64,000 bases of DNA. It comes from a virus. The translations under genes were made by a program, and so were the position numbers. The stretch covers positions 11,336 through 75,335 of the IMG/VR virus record IMGVR_UViG_3300009168_000004; one strand, 5' to 3'. Position 1 is the first letter of the stretch. The number at the start of each line of letters is the position of its first letter. Shown in pieces: positions 18,245-27,970 of this stretch. Under the pieces are notes generated by a model, which saw only the letters and a list, made by a program, of their open reading frames with translations, searched no databases and was not told the origin of the DNA.

Positions 18245-18800
18245 TGGTCCGCAGGGCCTCCCGGTAGTATCGACCGAGCCGCTTCTGCTCCTGCCGAACG
18301 ATGTCTCGCAGCCGCCACTTGCGCGGGATGACCACGAACTCCTTGCCCACGTACTTGGCCTCCACCGTCCCGGCGCCCGTCCGGGCCATCAGGAGCGGCG
18401 ATCGGCCCAGCCGCTCGACGCGGAAGAGATTTCCGGGGTAGTCGCGTGCCCTGATCCCCTGGGCTTCCCTGGCCCACGGCAGGGGTATCCACAAGAGGGG
18501 GCGGCCAAAGATCTTCGCCCCGAACTCGAACACCCGCCAGTAGAACACGCTGTGCGTGACCCGGATGCTCAGCCGAACGCGGCTCCGAAAGGACAGGTAC
18601 GCCCGGAAGCCAGCCTGCCACCGAGCGCTGCCGAAGTTCCCTCCGGCCTTGATGTTTTCGCGACCCCGAGTCTCAATGGCCGCCGCTGCCCGACGGGCAG
18701 AAGCCTGCGTGGCCTTGACCATCTTCTCGGAGTAGCGCTTTGTCTGCGCACTCCAGAGCTGGCCGACGGCCTTGCCATTGAACGAGACCCGGATGGTCAC
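18237..18800 (-). CDS. HK97 gp10-like tail completion/neck protein
   Basis: Basic protein with a YWRVFEFG motif. Confidence 0.6.
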   Translation of the reverse strand: MTIRVSFNGKAVGQLWSAQTKRYSEKMVKATQASARRAAAAIETRGRENIKAGGNFGSARWQAGFRAYLSFRSRVRLSIRVTHSVFYWRVFEFGAKIFGRPLLWIPLPWAREAQGIRARDYPGNLFRVERLGRSPLLMARTGAGTVEAKYVGKEFVVIPRKWRLRDIVRQEQKRLGRYYREALRTNG

Positions 18801-19040
18801 TGCGACTTGTCCTCCAGTTGCTTCATGAACTTAGCGAAGCCCTTCTTGTCGGCGTGCGCAGAGTTCCTCAGCAGCACGACCAGCCTGGCATCCCTCGCCA
18901 TCTGGTCCCGTTCGATCACTTCGCACCAGGCGCTGAGCTGTCTGGGGGTGTAGCCCCAGGCGGCTTCGACGGGGTGCCCTGCTCGGATGACTGTGTTGAG
19001 GGCGCGGGCAATCTCGTAGCCGCTCCCTTGGTAGGCCCGT
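18797..19040 (-). CDS. Tail assembly chaperone, downstream (T-like) frame; start uncertain
   Basis: Overlapping -1 frame encodes ...GHPVEAAWGYTPRQLSAW..., between the chaperone and tape measure region. Confidence 0.55.
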
Positions 19041-19428
19041 CGGCGACGCCGCCGCCCGCGCCCCACAGCTCCGACAGGCCGTCGACGAAAGACTGCAGGC
19101 CCTGGGGGAAGGTGCACTCGACGATCCCCATGACCAGCAGGGCCGTGACCCCGGCCGGCAGCTCCAGGCACTCCTGGATCGCGTCCGGGTCGTCCTTCTT
19201 CCCCAGTCCGGCCGCGCACAGCTTGGCCAGCATGACGGGCGACTGCGAGAGTAGCGAGCTCACGATGTCACCCTCGAGCCTCTTCTCGGCGAACACCAGA
19301 CGCAGCTCCGGGATCTCCGACAGGAGGTTCATAATGAACGCAGCGCTGAGGCCCTTTACCTCAGCGATCTTCCGGTCCTTGACCTTGACCTCGAAGGTCA
19401 TGGCACCCAGGTCAACAAGACTTACCAC
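18916..19428 (-). CDS. Tail assembly chaperone (G-like)
   Basis: Follows the major tail gene; Pro/Ser/Thr-rich C-terminus. Confidence 0.7.
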   Translation of the reverse strand: MVSLVDLGAMTFEVKVKDRKIAEVKGLSAAFIMNLLSEIPELRLVFAEKRLEGDIVSSLLSQSPVMLAKLCAAGLGKKDDPDAIQECLELPAGVTALLVMGIVECTFPQGLQSFVDGLSELWGAGGGVADGPTKGAATRLPAPSTQSSEQGTPSKPPGATPPDSSAPGAK

Positions 19429-19500
19429 TCTACTCTCCTCGTTAGGAGGCGCCCGCTTTGGGAAGCGGACGCCGCCGGGTTAGGGCCGCCCGAAGCAGGC

Positions 19501-20055
19501 TTAGCTGGCGTCCGCCAGGTTGGTCCACTTGAGGATGCCGAACTTGCCGAGCGTGTCGCCCACGGTCTCGCTGACGAGCATCTCGCCCTCGAGCTCCATG
19601 TTGCCCCACTCGTCCTCCTCGAAGGCTCCGAACTCCCCGTTCGGGTTCAGGCTGACCCGGTACAGGAGCCAGTCGATCCGCGGACCGACGTCATTGGTGG
19701 CTTCGATCTTGAGCTGACCGATGATCTCGGTCTCGGCGAAGATCTCGACCTCAGGTCCGCCGACTGCGTCTTCGTCGAGGGTGCCCATGACCATCAGAGC
19801 CACGTTGTACGGCGTGAACTCCTCCATGGTGATGGCGAGGGTTCCGCCCTGCTCCAGGAGCACGCTCAGGTCCTTCTGACGAATGCCTTCGCGAGAGGTG
19901 AAGTGATCGAGCTTTTCGTTCGTCGGGGTGATGGTCGCTTCGGTGCAGTTGCCGAGGTCGGTCCAGTCTACGGCGCCGTCCTTCTTGAACGACACTTTGC
20001 CCTTGCCGATCCGATAGTTGCCGGTGTTCGGGCTGATGAGGGTTGGTTCAGGCAT
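19501..20055 (-). CDS. Major tail tube protein
   Basis: NYRIGKGKVSF, DLGNCTE, HFTSREG and WGNMELEGE motifs; gene position. Confidence 0.8.
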   Translation of the reverse strand: MPEPTLISPNTGNYRIGKGKVSFKKDGAVDWTDLGNCTEATITPTNEKLDHFTSREGIRQKDLSVLLEQGGTLAITMEEFTPYNVALMVMGTLDEDAVGGPEVEIFAETEIIGQLKIEATNDVGPRIDWLLYRVSLNPNGEFGAFEEDEWGNMELEGEMLVSETVGDTLGKFGILKWTNLADAS

Positions 20056-20068
20056 ATCTCAAATTCTC

Positions 20069-20548
20069 CTATTGTCGCGTTGGATCGAACACGTAGGTGA
20101 TGGAGAAGTCGAGCCGCATCTGACCTTCACCAGAGCTTCCACCCTTCATGTCGACGTCAGTGCCAGTCAGCTCGATAGCTCCGTTTGGTCCGACGAGGGT
20201 CCTCAGCGCCGCGTCCATTTCGACGGCGGCAAGGTATGCGAGCCTCATCGTATTCAACTCAGTACCGATTTCTTCGTTTAGCGGCCGGCGGTCCTTCACA
20301 AGGAAGTAGACTTCAGGCCGCATCGTCACAAGCTGCGGGCCGATGCCGCTCGCTCCTCCCCTGCCCTGCCGCGACCCTGTGAGCCGCGAGGTCTCCGCGC
20401 CGTCGAGCAGGACAGAAGCTGGCCGCTCGTCCTGATCCACAAGCCCGCGGTTGCGATACGCGTTCTTGAACCGCGCCGAGTCAGTGACCGTCAGCCCTAC
20501 GATCGTGGCGAAGAGCTGAGAGAGGATTTGTTCGCGCTTGTCGGCCAT
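20069..20548 (-). CDS. Tail terminator-like protein
   Basis: M.DKREQIL start and C-terminal DFSITY; precedes the tail tube gene. Confidence 0.65.
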   Translation of the reverse strand: MADKREQILSQLFATIVGLTVTDSARFKNAYRNRGLVDQDERPASVLLDGAETSRLTGSRQGRGGASGIGPQLVTMRPEVYFLVKDRRPLNEEIGTELNTMRLAYLAAVEMDAALRTLVGPNGAIELTGTDVDMKGGSSGEGQMRLDFSITYVFDPTRQ

Positions 20549-20555
20549 GCCGCCC

Positions 20556-20930
20556 TCAGTACGAAACGTCTAGATCGCCGGTTGCGATGGCCACCTTCTC
20601 CCCGCTGTCCACGCCGACCGACGAGACAATTTTCTTGGCCAGGCGATTGCCAGCCGAGGCTGCGTCGTGGAGGGTCACGTAGGTCACGGTCGCTGCCCCG
20701 GAGGCGTCCCCGAAGTCGATCTCCGCCGTGTTCGACATGGCGCGAGCAGCGATGGAGCCGAACGTGACCGCCTGGCGGGTCAGGGCGACGGTGCCCGTGA
20801 CCTCCGTGCCTGCCCCGTCGGGGTCGCCGTTGTAGAGTCCGGCGTAGACGTTTGCCGGGTCGGAAGGGAAAGCGCTGCTCTTCAGCCAGTTGAGCAGTGC
20901 GTCTCCGAGGTAGGTGGACATGTCGGACAT
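20556..20930 (-). CDS. Small virion fibre-associated protein (paralogue of 8948-9346)
   Basis: MSTYLGDALLNWL...VYAGLYNGDP...HDAASAGNRL. Confidence 0.75.
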   Translation of the reverse strand: MSDMSTYLGDALLNWLKSSAFPSDPANVYAGLYNGDPDGAGTEVTGTVALTRQAVTFGSIAARAMSNTAEIDFGDASGAATVTYVTLHDAASAGNRLAKKIVSSVGVDSGEKVAIATGDLDVSY

Positions 20931-20958
20931 GGTCTAGGGATCTCCTTTGGTGCCCGTC

Positions 20959-21165
20959 TCAGCCTTCCAGCTTCGACTTGATGATCGGGATCGGCTCTTG
21001 CGGAGCCGGGTTGCTGGGATCGCGACGCGGCTCACCTGGCCGGCGCAGCCCCATGCTGAAGCCGACCTTGCCGAGAACGACCTTCGTCTTGCCAGTCTCC
21101 GGGTCCTCGATGCGGTGGGGCTTCCTCTTGTCGATGCCAGCCTCCTCCGCGTACTTCTTTTCCAT
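20959..21165 (-). CDS. Small hypothetical protein
   Basis: GGGAG RBS; ORF fills an intergenic gap. Confidence 0.5.
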   Translation of the reverse strand: MEKKYAEEAGIDKRKPHRIEDPETGKTKVVLGKVGFSMGLRRPGEPRRDPSNPAPQEPIPIIKSKLEG

Positions 21166-21177
21166 CGTTCAAACTCC

Positions 21178-23019
21178 CTACGGGGGTGTAGCTCTGATTT
21201 CGAAACCGAGCCCGTTCAGTTCGCGGAAAGCGTTTCCGCCCGTCGCCGTGATGGCCATCGTCTCGGCTGCGGTCGAAGCAGACTGACGTTGGGCGACGAG
21301 ATACTGCATGCCCGGTACGGCCGTGCTTCCGTTGGTCAGGACCGTTGCAGCATTGGGTCCAAGAGCTGCCGTGTTGAAGTCGTCATTCTCCGCCGCCTCT
21401 CCAACCGCAACCGCCCCTCCCATCCAGACCCAGCGGGAAGAGGTGGTTTCGGAATTGACAGTCGACAATCCCCAAGAGACGGCGCTCGCTCCGTTCGCGC
21501 TCATCGTCCGCGAACTGCGGATGAAGCTCTGCGGGCTTGCCGACACGCCCCAAACGGCTGCATGCCCGCCCGAGATCTCGTACGCGCCGATGAACGATCG
21601 CTGCTTCGTCCCGCCCAGCGTCGCCGTCACCGTCATTCCGGTCTGCGCAGTAGGAACAAAGATGATGCGGAAGTCGATGACGCAGTTCTTCGTGACGGTC
21701 TGGTTCCACGTGGTCGCGTTCACGTCAACCGCAAGGACCGTCAAGCCCTTGTTGTTCGTGACGTTGCTGACGGTCGCGCCCGTGCCGACGACCATCGTCA
21801 GGACTGCAACGTAGCTCCCGGCCGCAACGTTGAACGAAGCGCTGGCAAGCGAGCCGCCCGTGGTGCCGCTGTTGACTGCGCTCTGGACGATGGTGGCCAC
21901 CTGAAGGTTCGCCGACACGGCGGCCGTGCTGGCGGTCTCGATCGTCTCGCTGAAGCCCTCCCCGTCAGTGTAGGACACGCGGCAGCGCAGCGCCTTGCCG
22001 ACCAGCGAGTGCTCCACCGTGTAGGCAGCGGACGTTGCGCCCGAGATGTCCACGCTGTCCGTGTGGTTGCGCCACTGATAGGTGATGCCGGTGGCCGGAC
22101 CATCCGGGTCGTCGTCGTTGAACGTGCAGGTGATCGTCTGACCTTCGACGGGCGTCGTGTCGTCGATCGATGCGGTCGCGTCGCCGCTGTCCACAGGACC
22201 CGACGGGATCGAAGTGACGATGGCGTTGTCGATCGCAAAGCCCAGCCCGAAGTTCACAGCCGGAACATACTGCGTGTTCTCGACGACCGAAGCCATGCTG
22301 AAGCCCAGGCCGAAGCTCGCCGAGATGAACTCGGTGCTCATCGCCCTGACGATCGCCGCCGCGTTGAAGCCCAGGCTGAAGTCCGCAGCGATATACTGCG
22401 TGTTCTCGATGATCGCCGCCGCGTCGAAGCCCAGGCCAAACGCGACCGGGCCGATGTACTTGATCTCTGTGACCGGAGACTCGATGATGAAGCCCAGGTC
22501 GAACGATGCTTGCAGCTCATAGACCGCCCGCGCGATCGGGACCATGCCGAACCCGAAGCCAAAGGACGCGCCGTGGATCTCGTTGACGATCGCGATGTCG
22601 GCGACCTCCGAGTCGAAGCCCACGCCCAGGGCGATGGCTCCGATGAGCTCGACGGGCCGGAGGTAGTTGACCGTCTGATTGTAGGTCACCGCACAGTCGT
22701 AGAAGAAGATCGTCGGGTCGCTCTGACGGGGACCCTTGATCGGCTCGACAATGTTGTACTCAGCCCCGGCGAAGAAGATCTTGTCAAGCTTGTGGTTCGG
22801 GGCCTCGCTTCCAAACTCCTCCAGGCTCAGAGCGGAGACGAGGATGCGGGATGCGCCTTCCTCGTGCAGCCCCTTCTCGCGCGGGTTGTACTCCAGGCGC
22901 GCAGCACGGCACTTCCTCGTCACGCCTCCGCGGACGATGAGAGCCTGGTCAGCGTCGATCTTCCCCAGCTTCTTGAGCTGGCGATCGACGACCTTGCGTG
23001 CCCGTGTGTAAGAGACCAT
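21178..23019 (-). CDS. Head-closure-like domain fused to a repeat segment and Ig-like/beta-rich domains
   Basis: The N-terminal ~120 aa resemble head-tail joining proteins. They are followed by about seven F(G/S)LGF-type repeats and DPDG...ITYQW...ISGATS..YT...VSYTDG (Ig-like). Confidence 0.6.
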   Translation of the reverse strand: MVSYTRARKVVDRQLKKLGKIDADQALIVRGGVTRKCRAARLEYNPREKGLHEEGASRILVSALSLEEFGSEAPNHKLDKIFFAGAEYNIVEPIKGPRQSDPTIFFYDCAVTYNQTVNYLRPVELIGAIALGVGFDSEVADIAIVNEIHGASFGFGFGMVPIARAVYELQASFDLGFIIESPVTEIKYIGPVAFGLGFDAAAIIENTQYIAADFSLGFNAAAIVRAMSTEFISASFGLGFSMASVVENTQYVPAVNFGLGFAIDNAIVTSIPSGPVDSGDATASIDDTTPVEGQTITCTFNDDDPDGPATGITYQWRNHTDSVDISGATSAAYTVEHSLVGKALRCRVSYTDGEGFSETIETASTAAVSANLQVATIVQSAVNSGTTGGSLASASFNVAAGSYVAVLTMVVGTGATVSNVTNNKGLTVLAVDVNATTWNQTVTKNCVIDFRIIFVPTAQTGMTVTATLGGTKQRSFIGAYEISGGHAAVWGVSASPQSFIRSSRTMSANGASAVSWGLSTVNSETTSSRWVWMGGAVAVGEAAENDDFNTAALGPNAATVLTNGSTAVPGMQYLVAQRQSASTAAETMAITATGGNAFRELNGLGFEIRATPP

Positions 23020-23020
23020 C

Positions 23021-23404
23021 TCAGATCGCGACGATGGCTGGTTTGTTGCGGGTCAGAAGTCGAAGATAGTTCCGGCCATAGATCGTACTGGCGTAGTCGC
23101 TCATCCCGGAGGACAGGTCGGCCTTGTCGTCGAAGTACGAGATCGAGAGGACCCCGCCGAAGCTTTCGCTGGCGATCCGGCCGGAGCCCGTGTCGATCTC
23201 GGCGTCGTCCCCGGAGGAGTTCTCCGTCGCAATCATGTGCGCCGCCAGGTACATGATCGCCGGCTGGTAGTCGGGTTCCGCCCACGACTCGTCGACTGAG
23301 GCCGAAGCCTCAGTCAGGATCAGGGTGACGTAGTCGTCGTCCTGTCCCTCAAAGACCGGGAAGCGAGCTTTGAACTGGGCGGCGTCGGGAACAGTGTACG
23401 GCAT
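23021..23404 (-). CDS. Head-tail adaptor (DUF4054-like)
   Basis: FKARFPVF, YLAAH and STIYGRNYLRL motifs. Confidence 0.8.
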   Translation of the reverse strand: MPYTVPDAAQFKARFPVFEGQDDDYVTLILTEASASVDESWAEPDYQPAIMYLAAHMIATENSSGDDAEIDTGSGRIASESFGGVLSISYFDDKADLSSGMSDYASTIYGRNYLRLLTRNKPAIVAI

Positions 23405-23464
23405 TGGATGGGTCCTCAGAGCTGAATAGCGGGCCGTGGAGCGGCCAATCCAGGGCCGCCCCTG

Positions 23465-24277
23465 TCATCTCCCCTTGTTTCGACTGACCTGCTGGCGGGG
23501 CTGGCTCAGCCCTCGAGGCGGGCTGCGAACCGGGGCTTCGCTTTTGCCTGGTCCCGGACCTTGGCCGAGCTGGACGACCTTCGGCCTTTCGCCACCACTG
23601 CCTTCGCCTTCTTGGCCGCCGTCTCGATCGCGGCCACCGCCTTGCCCGGTGGCCGGACGCCCCGGCCCTTCATGGCCAGCTTCTTCGCTGCCGCCCTGGC
23701 CTTCACCTGAGCCGCCGTCTGCTTCTTCGGTGTCCTCATCGCCATCCGTTCCGCTGTTGGCATCACTCAACTCCTCATTTTCACTGTCCTCATCCTCGTC
23801 GTCTCCGATCACGAGGCCGATCTTTTCGCGCTTCAGAACCTCAGCCGGGTCCTCCTTCTTGGGGATCGGAGCCATCAAGACCGCGTTGGCCTCGTCGACT
23901 GCACCGGCTTGGATGTGGTGAGCAGCGTTGGCCGCCCGTCGGGCCAGCTCCAGGCGCATCTCGCCGTGGTTCGGGCGCGAGCCCATGACGCCTTCGCCGA
24001 TGACCCGGTTGACCACGGTCAAGATTTCGTTGTACTCGAGCTGATCGTAGTTCCGCAGAGTGTCAAGAACCGCGATGAGCTGCGGGCTGTCCTTGTCGAT
24101 GTCCGTCCCCTCGGGGACGATGACGATGTTCTTGTGGTGCTTCTTGATCCTGTCGATCGTTCGCTGGGTCAGCTCTACGTTGACCGGCGATCCGACGGGA
24201 GCCTGGCGCGGGCGACCGCGCACGTTCACGAACACGCGCGGGCCGTCGCCGAAGTTCAGGAGGGTGACGATTGGCAT
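23465..24277 (-). CDS. Hypothetical protein downstream of the major capsid gene, acidic C-terminus
   Basis: ORF track and gene position. Confidence 0.65.
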   Translation of the reverse strand: MPIVTLLNFGDGPRVFVNVRGRPRQAPVGSPVNVELTQRTIDRIKKHHKNIVIVPEGTDIDKDSPQLIAVLDTLRNYDQLEYNEILTVVNRVIGEGVMGSRPNHGEMRLELARRAANAAHHIQAGAVDEANAVLMAPIPKKEDPAEVLKREKIGLVIGDDEDEDSENEELSDANSGTDGDEDTEEADGGSGEGQGGSEEAGHEGPGRPATGQGGGRDRDGGQEGEGSGGERPKVVQLGQGPGPGKSEAPVRSPPRGLSQPRQQVSRNKGR

Positions 24278-24362
24278 CTTGGTTCTCTCTGGGTTTCAGT
24301 CTGGAGAAAGCCGGAAGAGGGAGCGACCCTCTTCCGACCCATTCAAGCTCAATCCAGAAGGA

Positions 24363-25328
24363 TCAGCTCGGCTCGTCCCCGGAGATGCCGTCCAGGTAGC
24401 GAACAGCGCCCGGACGCCGGATCTCGAGGCCGGCGACGCGGAAGATGCCGGGGATGTCGTACACCAGGGGTCCGGTCTGCCACACGGGCAGGAAGCGATG
24501 CGGCATGGGAATGTGCATCTTGAGCACAGCCGGATCGCGGCGATACGCGACCATGCGGCCCGTCCCGCCAGTGCCCGCGTCTTCCAGTCCGCGGACGGCG
24601 CGGATGATGATCGGCCGGCCGGTCTGGAAGCTCACGATGTTCTTCGACGCGACGAAGTCCAGGATCGTGAGGGTCGTGTCGGGGACGCGCTTCGACACCA
24701 GGATGGTCATGGCCTCACCCGGCAGGAGCAGCGTGTCCGCGTATTCGATCTGGGCTGAGCTGGTCCACATGCCAGTGAGGATGGCGTTGATGTCCGCCAT
24801 GATCTCGTCGGCAGTCTTCGAGTCCCAGTCCGTCGAGCCCTCGGCGCCCTCGGCTGCCTGCACCGTGGTGATGCCAGGGTAGTCGATGATGCCGTGGAAG
24901 TTCTTGTCGCTCATGCCCCGGAGGGCAAGGTTGTCCACGAACTCCTCGTAGGCCCTGCGGGCTGCGGAGGCGCGCTCGGTGGTCAGGTTCGTGCCGGGGA
25001 CCATCATGGCCTGGCCGAGCTCCTGCAGCGAGTATCGGTATCCGATGTCGGCCATCTCAACGCCCACTTCGAACTGCGAGCGTTCGACGTCTGCGATGTG
25101 GATGTCCTTCGCGAGGTGGTGGAACCATCCCGCCTTGCCGACCTTGTCGCTCGAGAAGTACGTGATCGACTTGGCCCACTCGTTGGCTGCCGTGTCGACC
25201 GGGATGAGCGTCGGATACTGTATCTCCGGATACTGGACCTCGACGACTTGGGGTTCGATGTAAGACGTCTGCGACACCAGGAAGCCGAGGGCCTGCTGTG
25301 CCGCATCCGCCGAGTAGATATTGAACAT
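24363..25328 (-). CDS. Major capsid protein (DUF2184-type HK97 fold)
   Basis: GYRYSLQEL, A.AARRAYEE, RMVAYRRDP and GLEIRRPGAVRYLDGI. Confidence 0.9.
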   Translation of the reverse strand: MFNIYSADAAQQALGFLVSQTSYIEPQVVEVQYPEIQYPTLIPVDTAANEWAKSITYFSSDKVGKAGWFHHLAKDIHIADVERSQFEVGVEMADIGYRYSLQELGQAMMVPGTNLTTERASAARRAYEEFVDNLALRGMSDKNFHGIIDYPGITTVQAAEGAEGSTDWDSKTADEIMADINAILTGMWTSSAQIEYADTLLLPGEAMTILVSKRVPDTTLTILDFVASKNIVSFQTGRPIIIRAVRGLEDAGTGGTGRMVAYRRDPAVLKMHIPMPHRFLPVWQTGPLVYDIPGIFRVAGLEIRRPGAVRYLDGISGDEPS

Positions 25329-25407
25329 TGAATGCTCCGGTTGGGGTTCTGCTTGTTTGCGGATGGCGACCAGGAGGAGCTCGCGCTCCTCTCAGTCTCC
25401 GATGGGG

Positions 25408-25896
25408 TCAGACGCCGTCGTTCTTCTCGAGGCCAGGGAAGTAGGCGATCGCACGCCCGTTCACCAAGGCACTGGTCTCCCAGCGGGCACCCTTGAGCGG
25501 ACCGACGCCGCCGGTGTTCGAGAAGATGCCGGTGGTGCCGTCGAAGTGGACGGGGTCGCCAGCGTTGACCGCGACTGCAGGCTCGAGCCACATCATGCCG
25601 CGGCGGAGGACGCCGACGTTCTGATAGCGCTCGTACTTGTCGGGGTCGGTGGCGTAGGAGTTACGCATCGTGATGTCGCGGATGGACGCGCCGCGATAGA
25701 GGGCCAAGTCACCGCCGAGGATGACTGCGTTGTCGCCGAACGTGGCGATGGTCCCGCGGCTGACTGCCCGCCCGAACGGGATGCCCGTCTCGGGTTCGCA
25801 GTTCCCGGTGAACGCATCGGTCACGTCGTAGGAGCCGTGAACCGTACCCGGACCAGGCGGGCGAATGGTCTCGACGTATTCAGTCTGGATGGGCAT
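25408..25896 (-). CDS. Capsid decoration/cement protein
   Basis: IPFGRAV, VGVLRRG and GARWETSA; lies between the DUF2213 gene and the MCP. Confidence 0.75.
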   Translation of the reverse strand: MPIQTEYVETIRPPGPGTVHGSYDVTDAFTGNCEPETGIPFGRAVSRGTIATFGDNAVILGGDLALYRGASIRDITMRNSYATDPDKYERYQNVGVLRRGMMWLEPAVAVNAGDPVHFDGTTGIFSNTGGVGPLKGARWETSALVNGRAIAYFPGLEKNDGV

Positions 25897-25986
25897 TATA
25901 GATTTCTCCGGTTGGATTTGTCTTGGTAGTTCTTCGGAGCCATCACCCGTCAGCCGAAGCTGACGAGATCAAGCCGCCGGTCTTGT

Positions 25987-27210
25987 TCAGGCAGTTCCCT
26001 GCGGTGTCTTCCAAGCGTTCTGCATGCGGTTGTTGTAGTCGCTGTAGGACTTCTCTGCAGCCGCCCGGTCGCCCAGGACCGGCTGGCTGCCGCCGGTGAA
26101 GGCCGCCCTGGCGACATCGACTGCGCGGTTGGTGTCGACCGCCTTGACGCTTGCCGTGAGGGTGGCAAACGACGTGGCAACCTGCTCGTCGGTCCAGCCC
26201 TTGGCGACATCCTTGAGCGCGTGGTCGACGACCTGCCGGCGGATCTCCCCGTCGGTCTTGCCGTCCACCACCAGCTTGTCGCCGAGGATTGCAGCGGCCT
26301 TGCCCATGCAGATCGTGCGGTCGGCAACGAGCTGATCGAGCTGCTGCGGGGTCAGCTTGGCGCTGTCGAGCTGGCTCTTCAGCGTTGCGTTCTCCGCCGT
26401 TAGGGTGTCCTTGTCCTTCGACAGGGTGGTGACCTGGGCAGTCATGTCGGTGACCTGCTTGTTCAGGCTATCCGACACGCTCTTGTGCGTGGCCTCGAGC
26501 GCCTTCACCTGGTTGGCGGCGTTGTCGAGGGCGCGCTGCACGACTTGGATCGTCGTGTCGGTCATCTCGCAGGTGATGCCGTCCACGGTCATTGTGCGCA
26601 GGTTCATTTGGTCTCTCCGGGTTGGGGGTGGTTCAGGCTCAGCGTCTTCGACGCCGAATGGCAGTTCGTCCCCGACGGATAGCCTGGCTCCGCCGCGGGC
26701 CGCTTTCACGAGGGCGATGTGGTTCGCCCGGATGTTGCGTTGGATGGCGTCGTAAGCCTCGCCGGTCGGCGTGGTGCCGGACGCAACCTCGATGTCGCAC
26801 GAATACCCGACGGAGAGCTGTCGCTTGCCAGCCTCGATCGCCTTGACGGCGGACGAGTCCATGAACAGCATCGGGACGCGGACGTATTCTTGATCTCGGA
26901 GGACGTCGCCGTCGCTCTGGCCGACCGCGTACTCGCTCCAGTTTTCGGAGGTGACCTCGACCTTCGGGTGGTCGTTGGTCAGGGGGCGGTGGGCGAGGGA
27001 CGCCATCGCGTCCTTGTGGAAGACTTCGCTCTCAGGCCGGTAGACCCGGACGACGTCCTTGTCCGCCAGCTCGCCACCAATCTCCTTGCCGAGATAGAGT
27101 TGAATGCCGGTGCGCGAAACGCGGGGAGCAGCCGCCAGATAGCCCCCGGCCTTCTTGGACATGTGGGCGGCGTCGAAGGACAGCCGGTCGTACAGGTTCA
27201 GCTTGATCAT
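25987..27210 (-). CDS. DUF2213 head maturation protease/scaffold
   Basis: RTGIQLY, VYRPESEVF, TNDHP, LSVGY and NHIALVKAARGG, plus a coiled-coil scaffold tail. Confidence 0.88.
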   Translation of the reverse strand: MIKLNLYDRLSFDAAHMSKKAGGYLAAAPRVSRTGIQLYLGKEIGGELADKDVVRVYRPESEVFHKDAMASLAHRPLTNDHPKVEVTSENWSEYAVGQSDGDVLRDQEYVRVPMLFMDSSAVKAIEAGKRQLSVGYSCDIEVASGTTPTGEAYDAIQRNIRANHIALVKAARGGARLSVGDELPFGVEDAEPEPPPTRRDQMNLRTMTVDGITCEMTDTTIQVVQRALDNAANQVKALEATHKSVSDSLNKQVTDMTAQVTTLSKDKDTLTAENATLKSQLDSAKLTPQQLDQLVADRTICMGKAAAILGDKLVVDGKTDGEIRRQVVDHALKDVAKGWTDEQVATSFATLTASVKAVDTNRAVDVARAAFTGGSQPVLGDRAAAEKSYSDYNNRMQNAWKTPQGTA

Positions 27211-27235
27211 GCAGCCTCCTTGCGGAGGCCAGGGA

Positions 27236-27970
27236 TCAGGGCCTCCAGTACCGCGAGACCCAGTAGTCTTCGCGGATGGTCTCGACCTGCCAGGGCTTCC
27301 GTCTGCCGTTGAAGAACATGATGCAGGTCCGCTTCGAGATCTCGCGGAGCTTGCGATAGTCGACCGAGTAGGAGGCCACCGTCGGATAGGTGAAGCCGTC
27401 GCACCCTTCGAGACCAACCAGGTTCATGCTCAGCCACGACTGGTCGGAGCCGAGCCACTTCTTCTTGAACGTCTGAGCTGGGCTGGTGGCCGGGTCGAAC
27501 TTGGACCAGATGAAGTCGAGGTCTCCGGCTGTGAACATCTGCAGCGAGCCGTTGAAGACCTTCGGATGGTGGGCACCCGCGCAGGCCCAGCCCATGAAGC
27601 GGAACTTCTCCGTGGACTCGATCATCGGGGTGATGTCGCGCATGATGATCGCGTCCAGGTCGATCCCCATGATGCGGTGCCCGTCCCGGATCTTCATCTG
27701 AAACTGGGTGGCCGGATCGTACAGCTTGAGCCGCCTGTAGCACGACGGCAAATTTCTTTTTGTGGCGTTGGCCAGGTCTGCACCGTCCGACCACAAGGGA
27801 TGCGTCTCGCAGGCGAGACCAGTCGGATCGTCCGTGACGCAGACGATGCGATGGGGCACCTTCACGTTGGCCTGCAGAGCCTTGACCATCGCGTTTACGT
27901 GCACAGCGGAGTAGGTCGCTCGGACTGGGTTCTTCCAGTCGGTCCACTTCCAGAGGACTATGTGCAGCAT
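27236..27970 (-). CDS. GT-A glycosyltransferase
   Basis: VCVTDD, IDLD (DxD), FNGSL, GSDQ and FFNG.RKPW. Confidence 0.8.
   Translation of the reverse strand: MLHIVLWKWTDWKNPVRATYSAVHVNAMVKALQANVKVPHRIVCVTDDPTGLACETHPLWSDGADLANATKRNLPSCYRRLKLYDPATQFQMKIRDGHRIMGIDLDAIIMRDITPMIESTEKFRFMGWACAGAHHPKVFNGSLQMFTAGDLDFIWSKFDPATSPAQTFKKKWLGSDQSWLSMNLVGLEGCDGFTYPTVASYSVDYRKLREISKRTCIMFFNGRRKPWQVETIREDYWVSRYWRP

Noticed and set aside
20947-23256. Long + strand ORFs (also 38643-40421, 41038-42870, 53327-55336, 2995-4479 and many more)
   Set aside because: Antisense shadows of real - strand genes, expected in high-GC DNA; they carry no recognisable motifs.
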